Below are positions 27,301 through 35,922 of a DNA stretch of 64,000 nt, in pieces. How positions within the stretch are numbered: position 1 is the stretch's first letter; each line of letters opens with the position of its first letter. Below the pieces are notes generated by a model that was not told where the DNA came from, searched no databases, and saw only the letters and a list, made by a program, of their open reading frames with translations. Where the stretch lies: positions 275,988-339,987 of the forward strand of contig CAVWMZ010000003.1 of NCBI GenBank assembly GCA_963756225.1. Direction: 5' to 3'. The position numbers and the translations under genes are program-made. Origin of the DNA: Candidatus Staskawiczbacteria bacterium. Its GTDB lineage: Bacteria; Patescibacteriota; Minisyncoccia; Minisyncoccales; Staskawiczbacteraceae.

Positions 27301-27827
27301 CCAACCCAATTTGCCAAACTAATTGCAATTATAAACAATGGTACGTTTCAGATGGGAATGGAGGATATGAACCTGCTTGTAATTGCACCTTTGTCCCATG
27401 CCAAGGACAACCATGTCAACAGATGATTAACTATCATTCACAGCTTTGGAATGATTATCAAAGTTTTGAAAATGACTATATAAGTTTTTATACTGATGTG
27501 CTATATGACCAGAGGAGTGATATATTTAAAAAATTAACTTATTCGCGACAAACAACAAACAGCTGCAGCTCAACAAATACTATTTATGGAGGAGAGCAAG
27601 ACAGGCTACTAAGCTGCACTAGGGCCGAAGACGAATTACTCACTCCTATTACCGGAGGTAAAATAAGTTTCGATAATAAAACTTGGCCCAATTATTGCTA
27701 TGGGCAACAATTGGGCAACGTTGCTAATGCACCCCTAACAGATAATTGGTTTTGTTGCCAAGAGTACACCAAAACCCCAACGATAAATAATAATCCTATT
27801 TATAATATACAAAAAAATAATTTTTAA
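24309..27827 (+). CDS. Giant (1172 aa) cysteine-dense secreted protein with an N-terminal pilin-like two-helix module
   Basis: Signal peptide, then TM1 (VSIAVSIAVVAVAVGGVYYLV), the loop SYGSGKITNEGKEW, and TM2 ending IMQTISPKL. About 1050 aa follow, full of CxC/CxxC spacings, with an internal repeat CKCPASYGGGYSPGCC / CPCTSGPYAGGYDSSCC and a GGPGGPGNATGPAGTGTG linker. Confidence 0.6.
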   Translation: MAFWKKLIFFFPACCVAFLSASFVLALEVNLPGLGGNPDIGTYICYLFSKGVSIAVSIAVVAVAVGGVYYLVSYGSGKITNEGKEWIKAGITGLLIIVCSTLIMQTISPKLGSCKIGVLPQLNLNPLPSNTPLPSYVTVNTYKEIPIGTLTETLLARTINCYGFDQSGNPINGDFLETAKSCSVDTDCGIGSGETCNHKTNKCDDPSPTYMNHDRADCLTQLVTGAQEKANVISALSDQIASLMNTCDCATYGDCKPHCNPITGCVLNGTSPDGSGKTSGLGTDCTGSCTGGGDSTGSCVNGSCLEAPNQTPPDCCPTTASDTITNTPISGLTTKQQIEHGPVNVAANVGASGGGTAEAPSACKCPASYGGGYSPGCCSLTGVSGSTTTPTACPCTSGPYAGGYDSSCCTTTDDSCKTTATEYHGLDEFRCNPNPINGDFQPCDAASIKNFVEENVQINGETVVAINPDNWKKINLLQQLTYLKQKIDDVKETMREDETNLDKARYMLASPQCYLAIPYVDLVDTYENTDQTHTVVLPVKVFNDPTVTTTPPQPVDSSKYCNGFNYNNSSCLKQCDDACPDSSPLAMQSYNACGACDTTILSGAALQTCEDTQEKCIEKAYTSRPCIYAQDTSQTFKDCIGSCQDNCEYGCNQKYAACSDANSFCQSQCGDTTQGNSSCVLGHADECLFGASNFVDCTNANKATDQGNTNYCIQNAYMCKNGSNEYSGYPDCVIQNSNCSNYTDPISCQNAPQSECMWDNAGFCTQTDYSSYLYNYPNSQKCAYPDIPATSGPCTSSSSPDATCQAVCPETTKCTSDSSCPLCPCDILNASLNFPVPNTSVPYKSSPGFNAGDEGVNNNQQKVSSDLMTGPQCDQYNYNDDPLTFYCEDNWWNAPDKEENGSTPGGPGGPGNATGPAGTGTGSLIPIGQEKICPAENEIPIGQTIDDAKKWANNIITSIGSIDQDIQVIINQITTMGKAKDTSPVQNYCKCDAKYENTNPICQTNCNYKQWYVSDGNGGYEPACNCTFVPCQGQPCQQMINYHSQLWNDYQSFENDYISFYTDVLYDQRSDIFKKLTYSRQTTNSCSSTNTIYGGEQDRLLSCTRAEDELLTPITGGKISFDNKTWPNYCYGQQLGNVANAPLTDNWFCCQEYTKTPTINNNPIYNIQKNNF

Positions 27828-27839
27828 CAATCACCACTT

Positions 27840-28919
27840 ATGACAAAAAAATTATACAAAAAAAAATATTTCCTAGTTTTGTTATTTTTTATTGCTTTTC
27901 TTTTAGGAAGGGCTGGCATTGCTTCCGCGAGCGAAACATTGATATGTCCTTCGGGTTCGGGATCGAGTATTGGAGCTTGTGTTGTGGCTATTTTTAAAGA
28001 AGGCATAGCTATTGCCGGGGGCTTAGCCGCTGCCTCTTTTGCAGTGGGAGCAATTATGTATGCGATGTCGGGAGTTAGCCCCGAAATGGCAAACAGCGGG
28101 AAAGATAGGATGAGAGGTGCTGTTTTAGGGATAGTGCTTTTAGCTTGCTCTTGGACCATTATGGATACAATTAATCCTAAACTAGTGGGGACTTCTTTAT
28201 CTCCTATAAGCCCCCAAACTCCGCCCGATACAACCCTCGGATCAGGTGTTTATCTTTTTTCAGATTCAGCTTGTCAAAGTCCTCCAGAAGTCATCGCAGA
28301 TAGCCTAGCCACCATTGACTCAAACATTAAAGCATATTCAATTGTTAATGACGATTCAGACCCAACAGATAAAATTGACTATGGAGTTATTTTTCATCAA
28401 AACAATGGACTCCAAAGCGGTGGTCTCTGTAGCGACAATAGCGGCCAGCCGATAACCCAAGCAACCTGTAAGCCTGTTCCTTTTAATGGCGCCTTAAGTG
28501 TTTTCCAGTTAAACCCAGATCCAAAAACCTCCGGGTCTGGCGTAGAGTTTTATAGCGAACCTTATGGGTCAGACAGGGGAACCTCGGCTGGATATTACAT
28601 AGTAAAGGGTAGCGACATAACACTTCCATCTCTCGAAAAAGATCCAACTGCGATGCAATTTCTTTGGACAAATATTAAACAAACAGATGCATACGAATCA
28701 ACTTATAAATATTTCGCCGATCGTCCGGGGTCTATGGATTTAAATGGAGATTATTTGGTCGCCCTTTTCTCTCAAGGGACCTCTGGACTTTATGGAGCCG
28801 TGGGGAAATATTGTGAAACGTTTATTGATGATGCTAAAGACTTAAACGCAGAACCAATAATTGCATCTGGCACAGGGACCGGAAAATTAACTAATATTGA
28901 AATAATCCCAATTAAATAA
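27840..28919 (+). CDS. Pilin-like N-terminal module fused to a 240-aa variable domain (paralog A)
   Basis: Signal peptide, then …ICPSGSGSSIGAC…, TM1, the loop SGVSPEMANSGKDR, and TM2 ending IMDTINPKL. The C-terminal domain shares SGVYLF…, GDYLVALF… and …IEIIPIK with the next gene. Confidence 0.55.
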   Translation: MTKKLYKKKYFLVLLFFIAFLLGRAGIASASETLICPSGSGSSIGACVVAIFKEGIAIAGGLAAASFAVGAIMYAMSGVSPEMANSGKDRMRGAVLGIVLLACSWTIMDTINPKLVGTSLSPISPQTPPDTTLGSGVYLFSDSACQSPPEVIADSLATIDSNIKAYSIVNDDSDPTDKIDYGVIFHQNNGLQSGGLCSDNSGQPITQATCKPVPFNGALSVFQLNPDPKTSGSGVEFYSEPYGSDRGTSAGYYIVKGSDITLPSLEKDPTAMQFLWTNIKQTDAYESTYKYFADRPGSMDLNGDYLVALFSQGTSGLYGAVGKYCETFIDDAKDLNAEPIIASGTGTGKLTNIEIIPIK

Positions 28920-28958
28920 AATCATTTAAAGTCCGCAATCTATTATAGTAGAGCGAAT

Positions 28959-30233
28959 ATGGCAACAAAAAACCGAAAAAAATTTTGTTTTTGCACTTTA
29001 CTTTTTACTCTTTTATTTGTTAATTTTTTTTATATACAAATAAATAAAGTTGCTGCCCTAGAAGTACAGTACCCAACTATAACCGTACTTGGCCAGAGCA
29101 GTCCAAATGTCACGGATTTACCTAGCTATATAACATATTTATACTATGCGGGGTTGGTTGTCGGTCTTGGCTCTGTATTTATTTCTTTAGCTATGGCTGG
29201 AGTAATGTTTTTTTTATCCCCTATTAGTCCCGAGGCAAAAGCCGCTGCAAAAGACAGAACCTTTGGAGCCATATCGGGTTTACTTATTTTAGTGTTAACA
29301 TATTTAATTTTATATACTATAAATCCCCAATTAAATGCGTTTAGTTTTAATAAAATTCAGCCATCTTCGTTGTCGGTAAAAACAACTACCGCTTCGGGTG
29401 TTTATTTATATACGTCTGGATGCACGGCTCAAGATATCCAGCCCAACACAACAAGTATTGCAGATTTAGGTAAATTAAAAAAGAAAATTGGTTCTGTGGG
29501 TATTGTCCAAGATACGGCTAATGGTATTTCTTATGTGTCTATCTTATATTCTAACCCTAATTTTTGGGGCAAATGCTTATATATAAACCCTGGTAGTAGC
29601 TGCGAGTCCGCAAACGATCCCGCCACTAATATGCCGCTCGCCTCATCTGTTTCTATTTATCAATACAATCCTAGCCCAAGTGGTGATGGGGTTTATTTTT
29701 TCCGTAAATCCTGTTTTAATAATGGATATTATAATGATATGAATAGCTTGCTCCAACATTGCAAAAAAGACAGTGGGGGATACTATGAGGTTAGCAATGG
29801 CAGCATTGCCGGTGGCGTTAGTGGGAACATGTATTATTCTAAATTGGGCGATTTAACTTTCACAAATGTTCCAGACGACGAAAAAGACTGCACAGAATAT
29901 GATAAAAATGGAGACTGTTGTACTAAGGCTGATACCGCCTTAGGGTGCGATCAAGATGGTAGAGTAGCGCCGACACTTGGAGGAGAAAATATTTCTTCTA
30001 TAATAGTAAATGGAGACTATGTTGTATTGCTTATTTATGTCGCCAAAAATGATAGTGGCTCGGGGCCATGGACGGCCTGCCAAGAATTCCCTACTAGCTA
30101 TGACACAAATAAAGTGGGACCAAGACAAATAAAGTGGGAAAATATAAGAAACACAAACGGCATAGATGACGGTGGCACAAATTTAGGAAGCGTCATCCCT
30201 AATTATGTTGCCATCATACCAATACAAAGATAA
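28959..30233 (+). CDS. Pilin-like N-terminal module fused to a 300-aa variable domain (paralog B)
   Basis: Signal peptide, TM1, the loop SPISPEAKAAAKDR, and TM2 ending LYTINPQL. The C-terminal domain shares SGVYLY…, GDYVVLLIY… and …VAIIPIQR with the previous gene. Confidence 0.55.
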   Translation: MATKNRKKFCFCTLLFTLLFVNFFYIQINKVAALEVQYPTITVLGQSSPNVTDLPSYITYLYYAGLVVGLGSVFISLAMAGVMFFLSPISPEAKAAAKDRTFGAISGLLILVLTYLILYTINPQLNAFSFNKIQPSSLSVKTTTASGVYLYTSGCTAQDIQPNTTSIADLGKLKKKIGSVGIVQDTANGISYVSILYSNPNFWGKCLYINPGSSCESANDPATNMPLASSVSIYQYNPSPSGDGVYFFRKSCFNNGYYNDMNSLLQHCKKDSGGYYEVSNGSIAGGVSGNMYYSKLGDLTFTNVPDDEKDCTEYDKNGDCCTKADTALGCDQDGRVAPTLGGENISSIIVNGDYVVLLIYVAKNDSGSGPWTACQEFPTSYDTNKVGPRQIKWENIRNTNGIDDGGTNLGSVIPNYVAIIPIQR

Positions 30234-30254
30234 TATTTATATTTATATAATGAC

Positions 30255-30830
30255 GTCCTCCCCGCACTCCGCTAATCGCTACGTGCGGGGTTTCCTTTGA
30301 ATCTCATTCGAATTCTCCAGTTAAATCAATTCCACGGTCAAAGTTATTCTGCATTTCGATGTATTTTCTGATGTGCGCCTCATTGAGTCCGACTGTAGAT
30401 ACAAAGTATCCGGTGCTCCACACGCCGTCATCTCCATAAATTTTTGAAATAAATTTGAACTTCTTTTTCAAAACGAACGCGCTGTCAGCTTTCAATTTCT
30501 GCACCACCTCCGAGATGGAATACTTTGGTGGGACTTCAATCAGAATATGGACATGGTCACCTCCAGTATTGATTTTTATCAAATACCAATCAGGATATTT
30601 TTTCTGTGTTTTATACAAAACTTTCACGAGCTCTGCACGGACATACTCTTTCAAAAATTTACGTCAATAACGTGTGCCCCAAACAATATGATATTCTGTC
30701 TGATACACAGTGTGATTTAACTGACGAATTCTCATGATAACAGTTTAGCACGTCTTCGCGTGCTAAACCATTCCTCCCCGCCCTCCGGCGGACTTCCGTC
30801 CGCCTCAACGCCTACGGGCGGGGTTTCCTG
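30255..30830 (-). mobile_element. IS200/IS605-family element (tnpA only) with subterminal hairpins
   Basis: Hairpins CCCCGCAC…GTGCGGGG (30260-30290) and CCCCGCCC…GGGCGGGG (30776-30823) are both followed by GTTTCCT. There is also a perfect 10-bp stem GTTTAGCACG/CGTGCTAAAC at 30743-30768. These flank a Y1 transposase gene. Confidence 0.7.
30304..30735 (-). pseudogene. tnpA: IS200/IS605 Y1 transposase TnpA with an in-frame TGA
   Basis: The minus strand from ATG 30735 reads MRIRQLNHTVYQTEYHIVWGTRY-TGA-RKFLKEYVRAEL…GGDHVHILIEVPPKYS…WSTGYFVSTVG. The stop (30664-30666) sits where the family has Arg (…YRR…). Confidence 0.75.
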
Positions 30831-30840
30831 TAAGGAAATA

Positions 30841-30875
30841 AAAACCGCCCAATTATAGGCGGTTTTATTTTTTTA
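30841..30875. terminator. Terminator downstream of jag
   Basis: AAAACCGCC-caattat-AGGCGGTTTT with flanking T/A runs. Confidence 0.6.
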
Positions 30876-31382
30876 TTATTTAGGTCTTATTACAATATGT
30901 CTTTCAGGTCCGTCTCCCCGACTTTCTGTAATAACATCTGTCCTTTGCGATAATTCTGCATGCACTATCCTCCTCTCATAAGACGACATTGGCAATAGCC
31001 CTTTTTCTTCTTTGGTTAACGACACCTGGTCGGCAGAATCTTTTGCTAAATATTTTAAATATTCTACCTTCTTTTTTTTATAATCATTAATATCTAAATT
31101 AAGATAATAAACTTTTTGCAACTTCCTGCTTAAAATTGCTCTTAAGAGTCGCTGAATTTCAAAAAGAGTTTGCCCTTGCTGGCCGATTAAAATTTGCGGC
31201 TCTTCTATTTTTATATCTAAATCAATAACGTCAATATTTTCTTCAACTAAATCTTGTGAGTTTTTAGAATCCCTTTTTACAGAAGACAAATCAACCCCAG
31301 TGCTAGAGGCCCCTATTGTCATTTTTTCAAAAAATTCTTCTACTATCTCTTTTATTTTATTTAATTGATTTTGATCTGACAT
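30876..31382 (-). CDS. jag: Jag/KhpB-like KH + R3H RNA-binding protein
   Basis: The C-terminal R3H region is …SSYERRIVHAELS…. The position immediately after yidC is the conserved arrangement. Confidence 0.8.
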   Translation of the reverse strand: MSDQNQLNKIKEIVEEFFEKMTIGASSTGVDLSSVKRDSKNSQDLVEENIDVIDLDIKIEEPQILIGQQGQTLFEIQRLLRAILSRKLQKVYYLNLDINDYKKKKVEYLKYLAKDSADQVSLTKEEKGLLPMSSYERRIVHAELSQRTDVITESRGDGPERHIVIRPK

Positions 31383-31384
31383 AT

Positions 31385-32137
31385 TTAAATATTAACCGAG
31401 CTAACTTGTTCTGGTTTATTTTTTTCCTTAAAAATGAAATACTGTTGAATTATAGAAAATAATCCGCTCACTGTCCAGTATAGTCCTAGGGCAGATGGCA
31501 AGCCTATAAGTATTATTAGTGTGAAGACTGGCATAAAATATACCATTTGTTTTTGCATAGCTTGAGATATATCTGCTTCTTTGCTTTTCGCCGCCCCACC
31601 GAGATCGCTTTTCGGGAGTAACATTTTTGTTTGGAAATACTGAGTTAGCCCAGCCAATATAGCAAAAATTATATTTGGTTTTGAAAGATTTATTAAGTGT
31701 ATAAATAATGGATTTATCAACCCCGGGTTTGAAACAAAACTATATAGAGCGACCAGTTTTTTTTGGTTTAATCCATCCCAGAAAACCCTGTAAAGCGCTA
31801 TTAGTATGGGCACCTGTATTAATGCCAAAAGTAAGCTTGAAAATGGGTTTATTTTTTCTTTTTTATAAAGATCTAAAATTTCTCTAGCCTGCTTCTCTTT
31901 GTCGTTTTTATATTTTTTTTGTGCTTCTTGTATTTGAGGTTGTAATTTTTGGAGACTTTTTTGAGACCTGACCGCTTTAACTGAGGTGGGAAAAAGTATA
32001 ATTCTTATAATTAAAGTTAAACAAATTATCGCTATACCAAAATCATGTCCCGGCACATAATTATATAGCCAAACAAGACAATTGAATAGTGGTTGGTATA
32101 ATATAATATAAAAAAAATTTACTATAGATTCAAACAT
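31385..32137 (-). CDS. yidC: Membrane protein insertase YidC (short form)
   Basis: 250-aa polytopic protein with …GIAIICLTLIIRIILFP…QPQIQEAQKKYKNDKEK…INPFSS…, typical of YidC/Oxa1. It sits between rnpA and jag. Confidence 0.85.
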   Translation of the reverse strand: MFESIVNFFYIILYQPLFNCLVWLYNYVPGHDFGIAIICLTLIIRIILFPTSVKAVRSQKSLQKLQPQIQEAQKKYKNDKEKQAREILDLYKKEKINPFSSLLLALIQVPILIALYRVFWDGLNQKKLVALYSFVSNPGLINPLFIHLINLSKPNIIFAILAGLTQYFQTKMLLPKSDLGGAAKSKEADISQAMQKQMVYFMPVFTLIILIGLPSALGLYWTVSGLFSIIQQYFIFKEKNKPEQVSSVNI

Positions 32138-32144
32138 TTTTATT

Positions 32145-32501
32145 TTACAATAATTTTGATTTAGCTAGAGCAACTGTTACCGCCTCTTTAATTTCAGAAA
32201 AATCTTTTTTTTCTATACCCGATAAAGTTATAAAAACCAAGTCTGTCCCATTTTTTATTTTTCCCCCGGCGAATGTTTTTTTTGTTTCAAAACTTACCGC
32301 TTCCGCCAACCTTCTTTTAACTTTATTTCTTATTGTCGCTCTTTTTGATATCTTTTGACTTACAACAAATCCAAATCTATCCACTCCTAAATTATTTTTC
32401 ATTATTTTAAAAATAAAGAGATTGTTTTTAAAACTCTTTGAATTTTTAAAAATAACTTCAAAATCTTTTTTTTTCTTTATTCTATTTATTGCTGGCAGCA
32501 T
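32145..32501 (-). CDS. rnpA: Ribonuclease P protein component
   Basis: 118 aa, basic, with …RFGFVVSQKISKRATIRNKVKRRLAEAV…. It lies directly downstream of rpmH. Confidence 0.85.
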   Translation of the reverse strand: MLPAINRIKKKKDFEVIFKNSKSFKNNLFIFKIMKNNLGVDRFGFVVSQKISKRATIRNKVKRRLAEAVSFETKKTFAGGKIKNGTDLVFITLSGIEKKDFSEIKEAVTVALAKSKLL

Positions 32502-32506
32502 TTTTA

Positions 32507-32641
32507 TTAGACGGTTACCTTCGCCCTCCCTTTTCTTCTTCTTGCTTGTACCACCTGCCTGCCTGTTTTTGTTTTTTTTCTTCTTAAAAAGCCGTGGGTA
32601 TTCGCTCTTTTCTTCTTTTTTGGTTGATATGTTTTACTCAT
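32507..32641 (-). CDS. rpmH: 50S ribosomal protein L34
   Basis: Below the ORF-track size cut-off. My translation is [44 protein letters not shown]. Confidence 0.9.
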   Translation of the reverse strand: MSKTYQPKKKKRANTHGFLRRKKTKTGRQVVQARRRKGRAKVTV

Positions 32642-33115
32642 GATGCTGGCTTAAAAAGAGAGCTGGCGTGCGAGCTTATTGCGAGCAATTCATCTCTCTG
32701 ATTAAACGATGTAATTATACAAATATTTATTAAAAAATTCCTATTGCGTATTTTTTTAGTTAATATATAATATAGCCAGTATATCTTAAAAAGTTGGAAA
32801 TTACAACATTTTTTATAGATTAATATTTTATAATATTTATTAGATAAATTTTGTAAAATACTTATTGTGCGTCTCTGTTTAAGCGCGTTACACAGGTTAT
32901 ACACAGCTTAATAACATCCCTCTTTGTTTTATATCTATTTGACAAAGCATTAATAAAAGGGAAAAATATAATATTAAAACAGTATTTAAATAATTTTTTA
33001 GAAATAAATATTTTTCTCACCCATAAGAGCATTCGGCCCACTTTAAAATACTCTTCCCGTGCCCTGGTCGGGTTATTTTATTAAAGCCCCGCGAAAAATC
33101 TCAAAATATATAATT

Positions 33116-34472
33116 ATGAATAATTTAGAACTTTGGCAGTCAGTCTTAGCACAAATGCAGTTTCATATTTCTGGGGCGAATTTTGCTACATGGTTCCAAA
33201 ATACTGAGATTGCTTCAAGGGATAATGAAAAAATTATAATTTCTGTCCCAAACGCTTTTTCTAAAGAATGGCTAAGTAATAAATATAATAAACTAATTTT
33301 AAAAACACTACACGACATAGACGACAGTATAAAAGAATTAGAATTTATTATAAAAGTACAACCAATAAAGAATACCCCCCTAAAAAATACAACCAGCACT
33401 TCCGAACAAGAAGAGGTGCAATTAAAATTTGAAGAGTTTAAAATAAACAAAGAAACAAACCTCAACCCACGATATACATTTAATAGTTTTGTGGTAGGAT
33501 CTTTTAATGAATTAGCCCATGCAGCAGCCTTGGCCGTAGCTGATAATCCGGGCTTTACCTATAATCCTTTATTTATTTATGGTGGGACGGGATTAGGTAA
33601 AACACATTTAATACAATCTATTGGTAATAAAATAAGCGACGAACAAAAAAAGAAAAAAATAAAATATATTTCTTCAGAAAAATTTGTTTCAAGTATTGTT
33701 TCAGCTATTAGAACAAACACTATGGAGGCTTTTAAGGCAAGCCTAGCCCCAATAGATGTTTTAATTTTAGACGATATCCAATTTATAGCCGGCAAGAATA
33801 AAAGCCAAGAAGAATTTTTTCATATCTTTAATTCTTTATATGAGAAAAATAAACAAATAATTCTTTCATCAGATAGGCCGCCAAACGCGATTGCGGAACT
33901 AGAAGAAAGATTAAGATCTAGATTTGAAGGGGGTATGATCGCCGACGTTAGTTTGCCAGACTATGAAACAAGGTTGGTTATTTTAAAACAAAAACTCCAG
34001 GAAAAAAATATGGACCTCCCAGAAGATGTTTTAGATTATATCGCCACTAATGTTAAAAAAAATATTAGAGAATTAGAGGGAGCATTAAACAAAATTTTAA
34101 TCCATAATAAAATCAACCAAGAATTAAATATAGAAACGGTTAAAAAATTGTTAAGAGGTTTTGTTTTCTCCCCTTTTGACGTAGCAAATTATAAAAAAAT
34201 TATAGAGACCGTTGCTAAATTTTATAATTTAGAAGAAAAAAACCTCTTCGACCCAACAAGACGTAAAGAGATTGTGAAGCCAAGACAAATTGCTATGTTT
34301 TTATTAAGAAAAGAATTAAAATATTCCTTTCCCGGCAATAGCTAGAAAATTCGGGGGCAAAGATCATACAACCGCCATTTATGCTTACAAAAAAATCTTG
34401 CAGGAAAACGAAGAAAACAATAAATTAACAGAAGAATTAAATCTAATAAAACAGAGAATATATAGTGCATAA
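33116..34472 (+). CDS. dnaA: Chromosomal replication initiator DnaA, apparent frameshift near 34330-34336
   Basis: Start MNNLELWQSVLAQMQ…. AAA+ core is GGTGLGKTHL and …LILDDIQFIAGK…. After …LKYSFP the alternative frame gives AIARKFGGKDHTTAIYAYKKI…, the DnaA domain IV signature, with a stop at 34470-34472. Confidence 0.85.
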
Positions 34473-34741
34473 CTTGGTTTAAAAAATATAATAAAATTTA
34501 CACTAAAAATTCCGCCAACTAAATTACTAATTTTATTCTACTTATTTATCCACACAATTTGCACAGAAAAATTTAAGCTTAAAATAAAAATTTTATACTT
34601 AAACCTTCTAATAAAAATCGACAAAAATACAAACCCTAATAACAATAAGTTTAATATATTAAATTAATTAATAATTATTAGAAAAAATAATCACTCGGCT
34701 GGAAATTAAAAATATTTTATATTCCTCCGTCATTAAAACAC
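34473..34741. promoter_or_regulatory. Candidate oriC segment (dnaA-dnaN intergenic, AT-rich)
   Basis: A perfect DnaA box TTATCCACA lies at 34546-34554 inside a very AT-rich 269-bp spacer. A one-mismatch box TTATACACA lies upstream of dnaA (about 32895). Confidence 0.45.
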
Positions 34742-35874
34742 ATGAAAGTAGAAATATTAAAAGAAAATTTAAAAAATGGGATAAGCATTGTTGAAAAAAT
34801 TGTAGGGAAAAACCCATCTTTGCCGATTTTAGATAACGTTTTAATAAGTACAGAGGATAATTTTTTAAGTTTAAGTTCAACAGATTTAGAAACTGCTATA
34901 AAATTATGGATATTAACCAAAATTGTGAAAAAGGGAAAAGCAGTTGTGCCTGCAAAATTTTTCTCTAATCTAGTGTCTTTATTGCCCAATGAAAAGATTG
35001 TATTAGAAGAAAAAAATCAAGCCCTACACATTGAGTGTAAGAACCTAAAAAACCAAATTCAAGGCTTTAATCCGGACGAGTTTCCCCTAATCCCAGAGTT
35101 TGAAAATCTAGAATTTATAGAAGTAGATAATAAGAAGTTTTGCCAAGGGTTGTCTCAAATTGTGGAAATATCTTCTCCTTCACAGTCTAGGCCGGAAATT
35201 TCGGGTATTTATTTTATTTTCTTCGAAAAACTTAATAAAAATAGTTGCTACGGACAGTTTTCGCTTAGCGGAGAAGAAATATTATTCTAGAAGAGCCAAT
35301 AAAAAAAGAAACTTCTTTTATCTTGCCCCAAAAACCAGCTAGAGAAATAATTAATATTTTAGGAGAAAAAGAAGGTAAATTAAAAATATATTTTTCACCA
35401 AGTCAAATAATGTTTGAGTTCCCAATGAAAGACGCCCCTCGCCCACAAGTTCAGATTATTTCTAGACTGATTGAGGGGGAATATCCTAATTACGAAGAAA
35501 TTATCCCTAAAAAATTTAAAACACATATTATTATAAAGAGAGATGAATTTTTAAATCAAATTAAAACAGCATCACTTTTCTCTGGTAAAATAAGCGAGAT
35601 AAAAATTAAAATAGATCCAGAGAAAAAAGAGGTTGGAATTTCTGCTCAAGACCCAGATGTTGGCGAAAGCAATTCTAATATTGCGGCCAAAATTGAAGGA
35701 GAGCCCATAGAAACATCTTTTAATTATAAATTTTTAGCAGATGGGCTATTAAATATTAAAAGTTCAGAGGTTATATTTGATTTAAGCAAAGAGGACGGGC
35801 CATGTGTATTAAGGCCAGTGGGAGATGCCAGCTATATTTATGTGGTTATGCCAATTAAATCGACACAAAGGTAA
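34742..35874 (+). CDS. dnaN: DNA polymerase III beta sliding clamp, two apparent frameshifts (about 35205-35225 and the A7 run 35301-35307)
   Basis: The three track ORFs concatenate to …RPEISGIYFIF/SSKNLIKIVATDSFRLAEKKYYSRRANKK/ETSFILPQKPAREIINIL…. The VATDSFRLA motif and overall length fit DnaN. Confidence 0.8.
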
Positions 35875-35885
35875 GATTATTAAAA

Positions 35886-35920
35886 CAAAAAAGCACCCTT
35901 CTTAAGTGCTTTTTTGTTTG
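35886..35920. terminator. Bidirectional terminator between dnaN and the PBP1A gene
   Basis: AAAAAGCAC-ccttctta-GTGCTTTTT followed by a T-run. Confidence 0.6.
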
Positions 35921-35922
35921 TT

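Noticed and set aside
30664-30666. The in-frame TGA in tnpA might be evidence for an alternative genetic code (TGA = Gly or Trp).
   Set aside because: The position corresponds to a conserved Arg (CGA to TGA is one transition), not Gly or Trp. TGA is also used as an ordinary stop elsewhere in the window, for example at 10908-10910. No other conserved gene here needs TGA readthrough.
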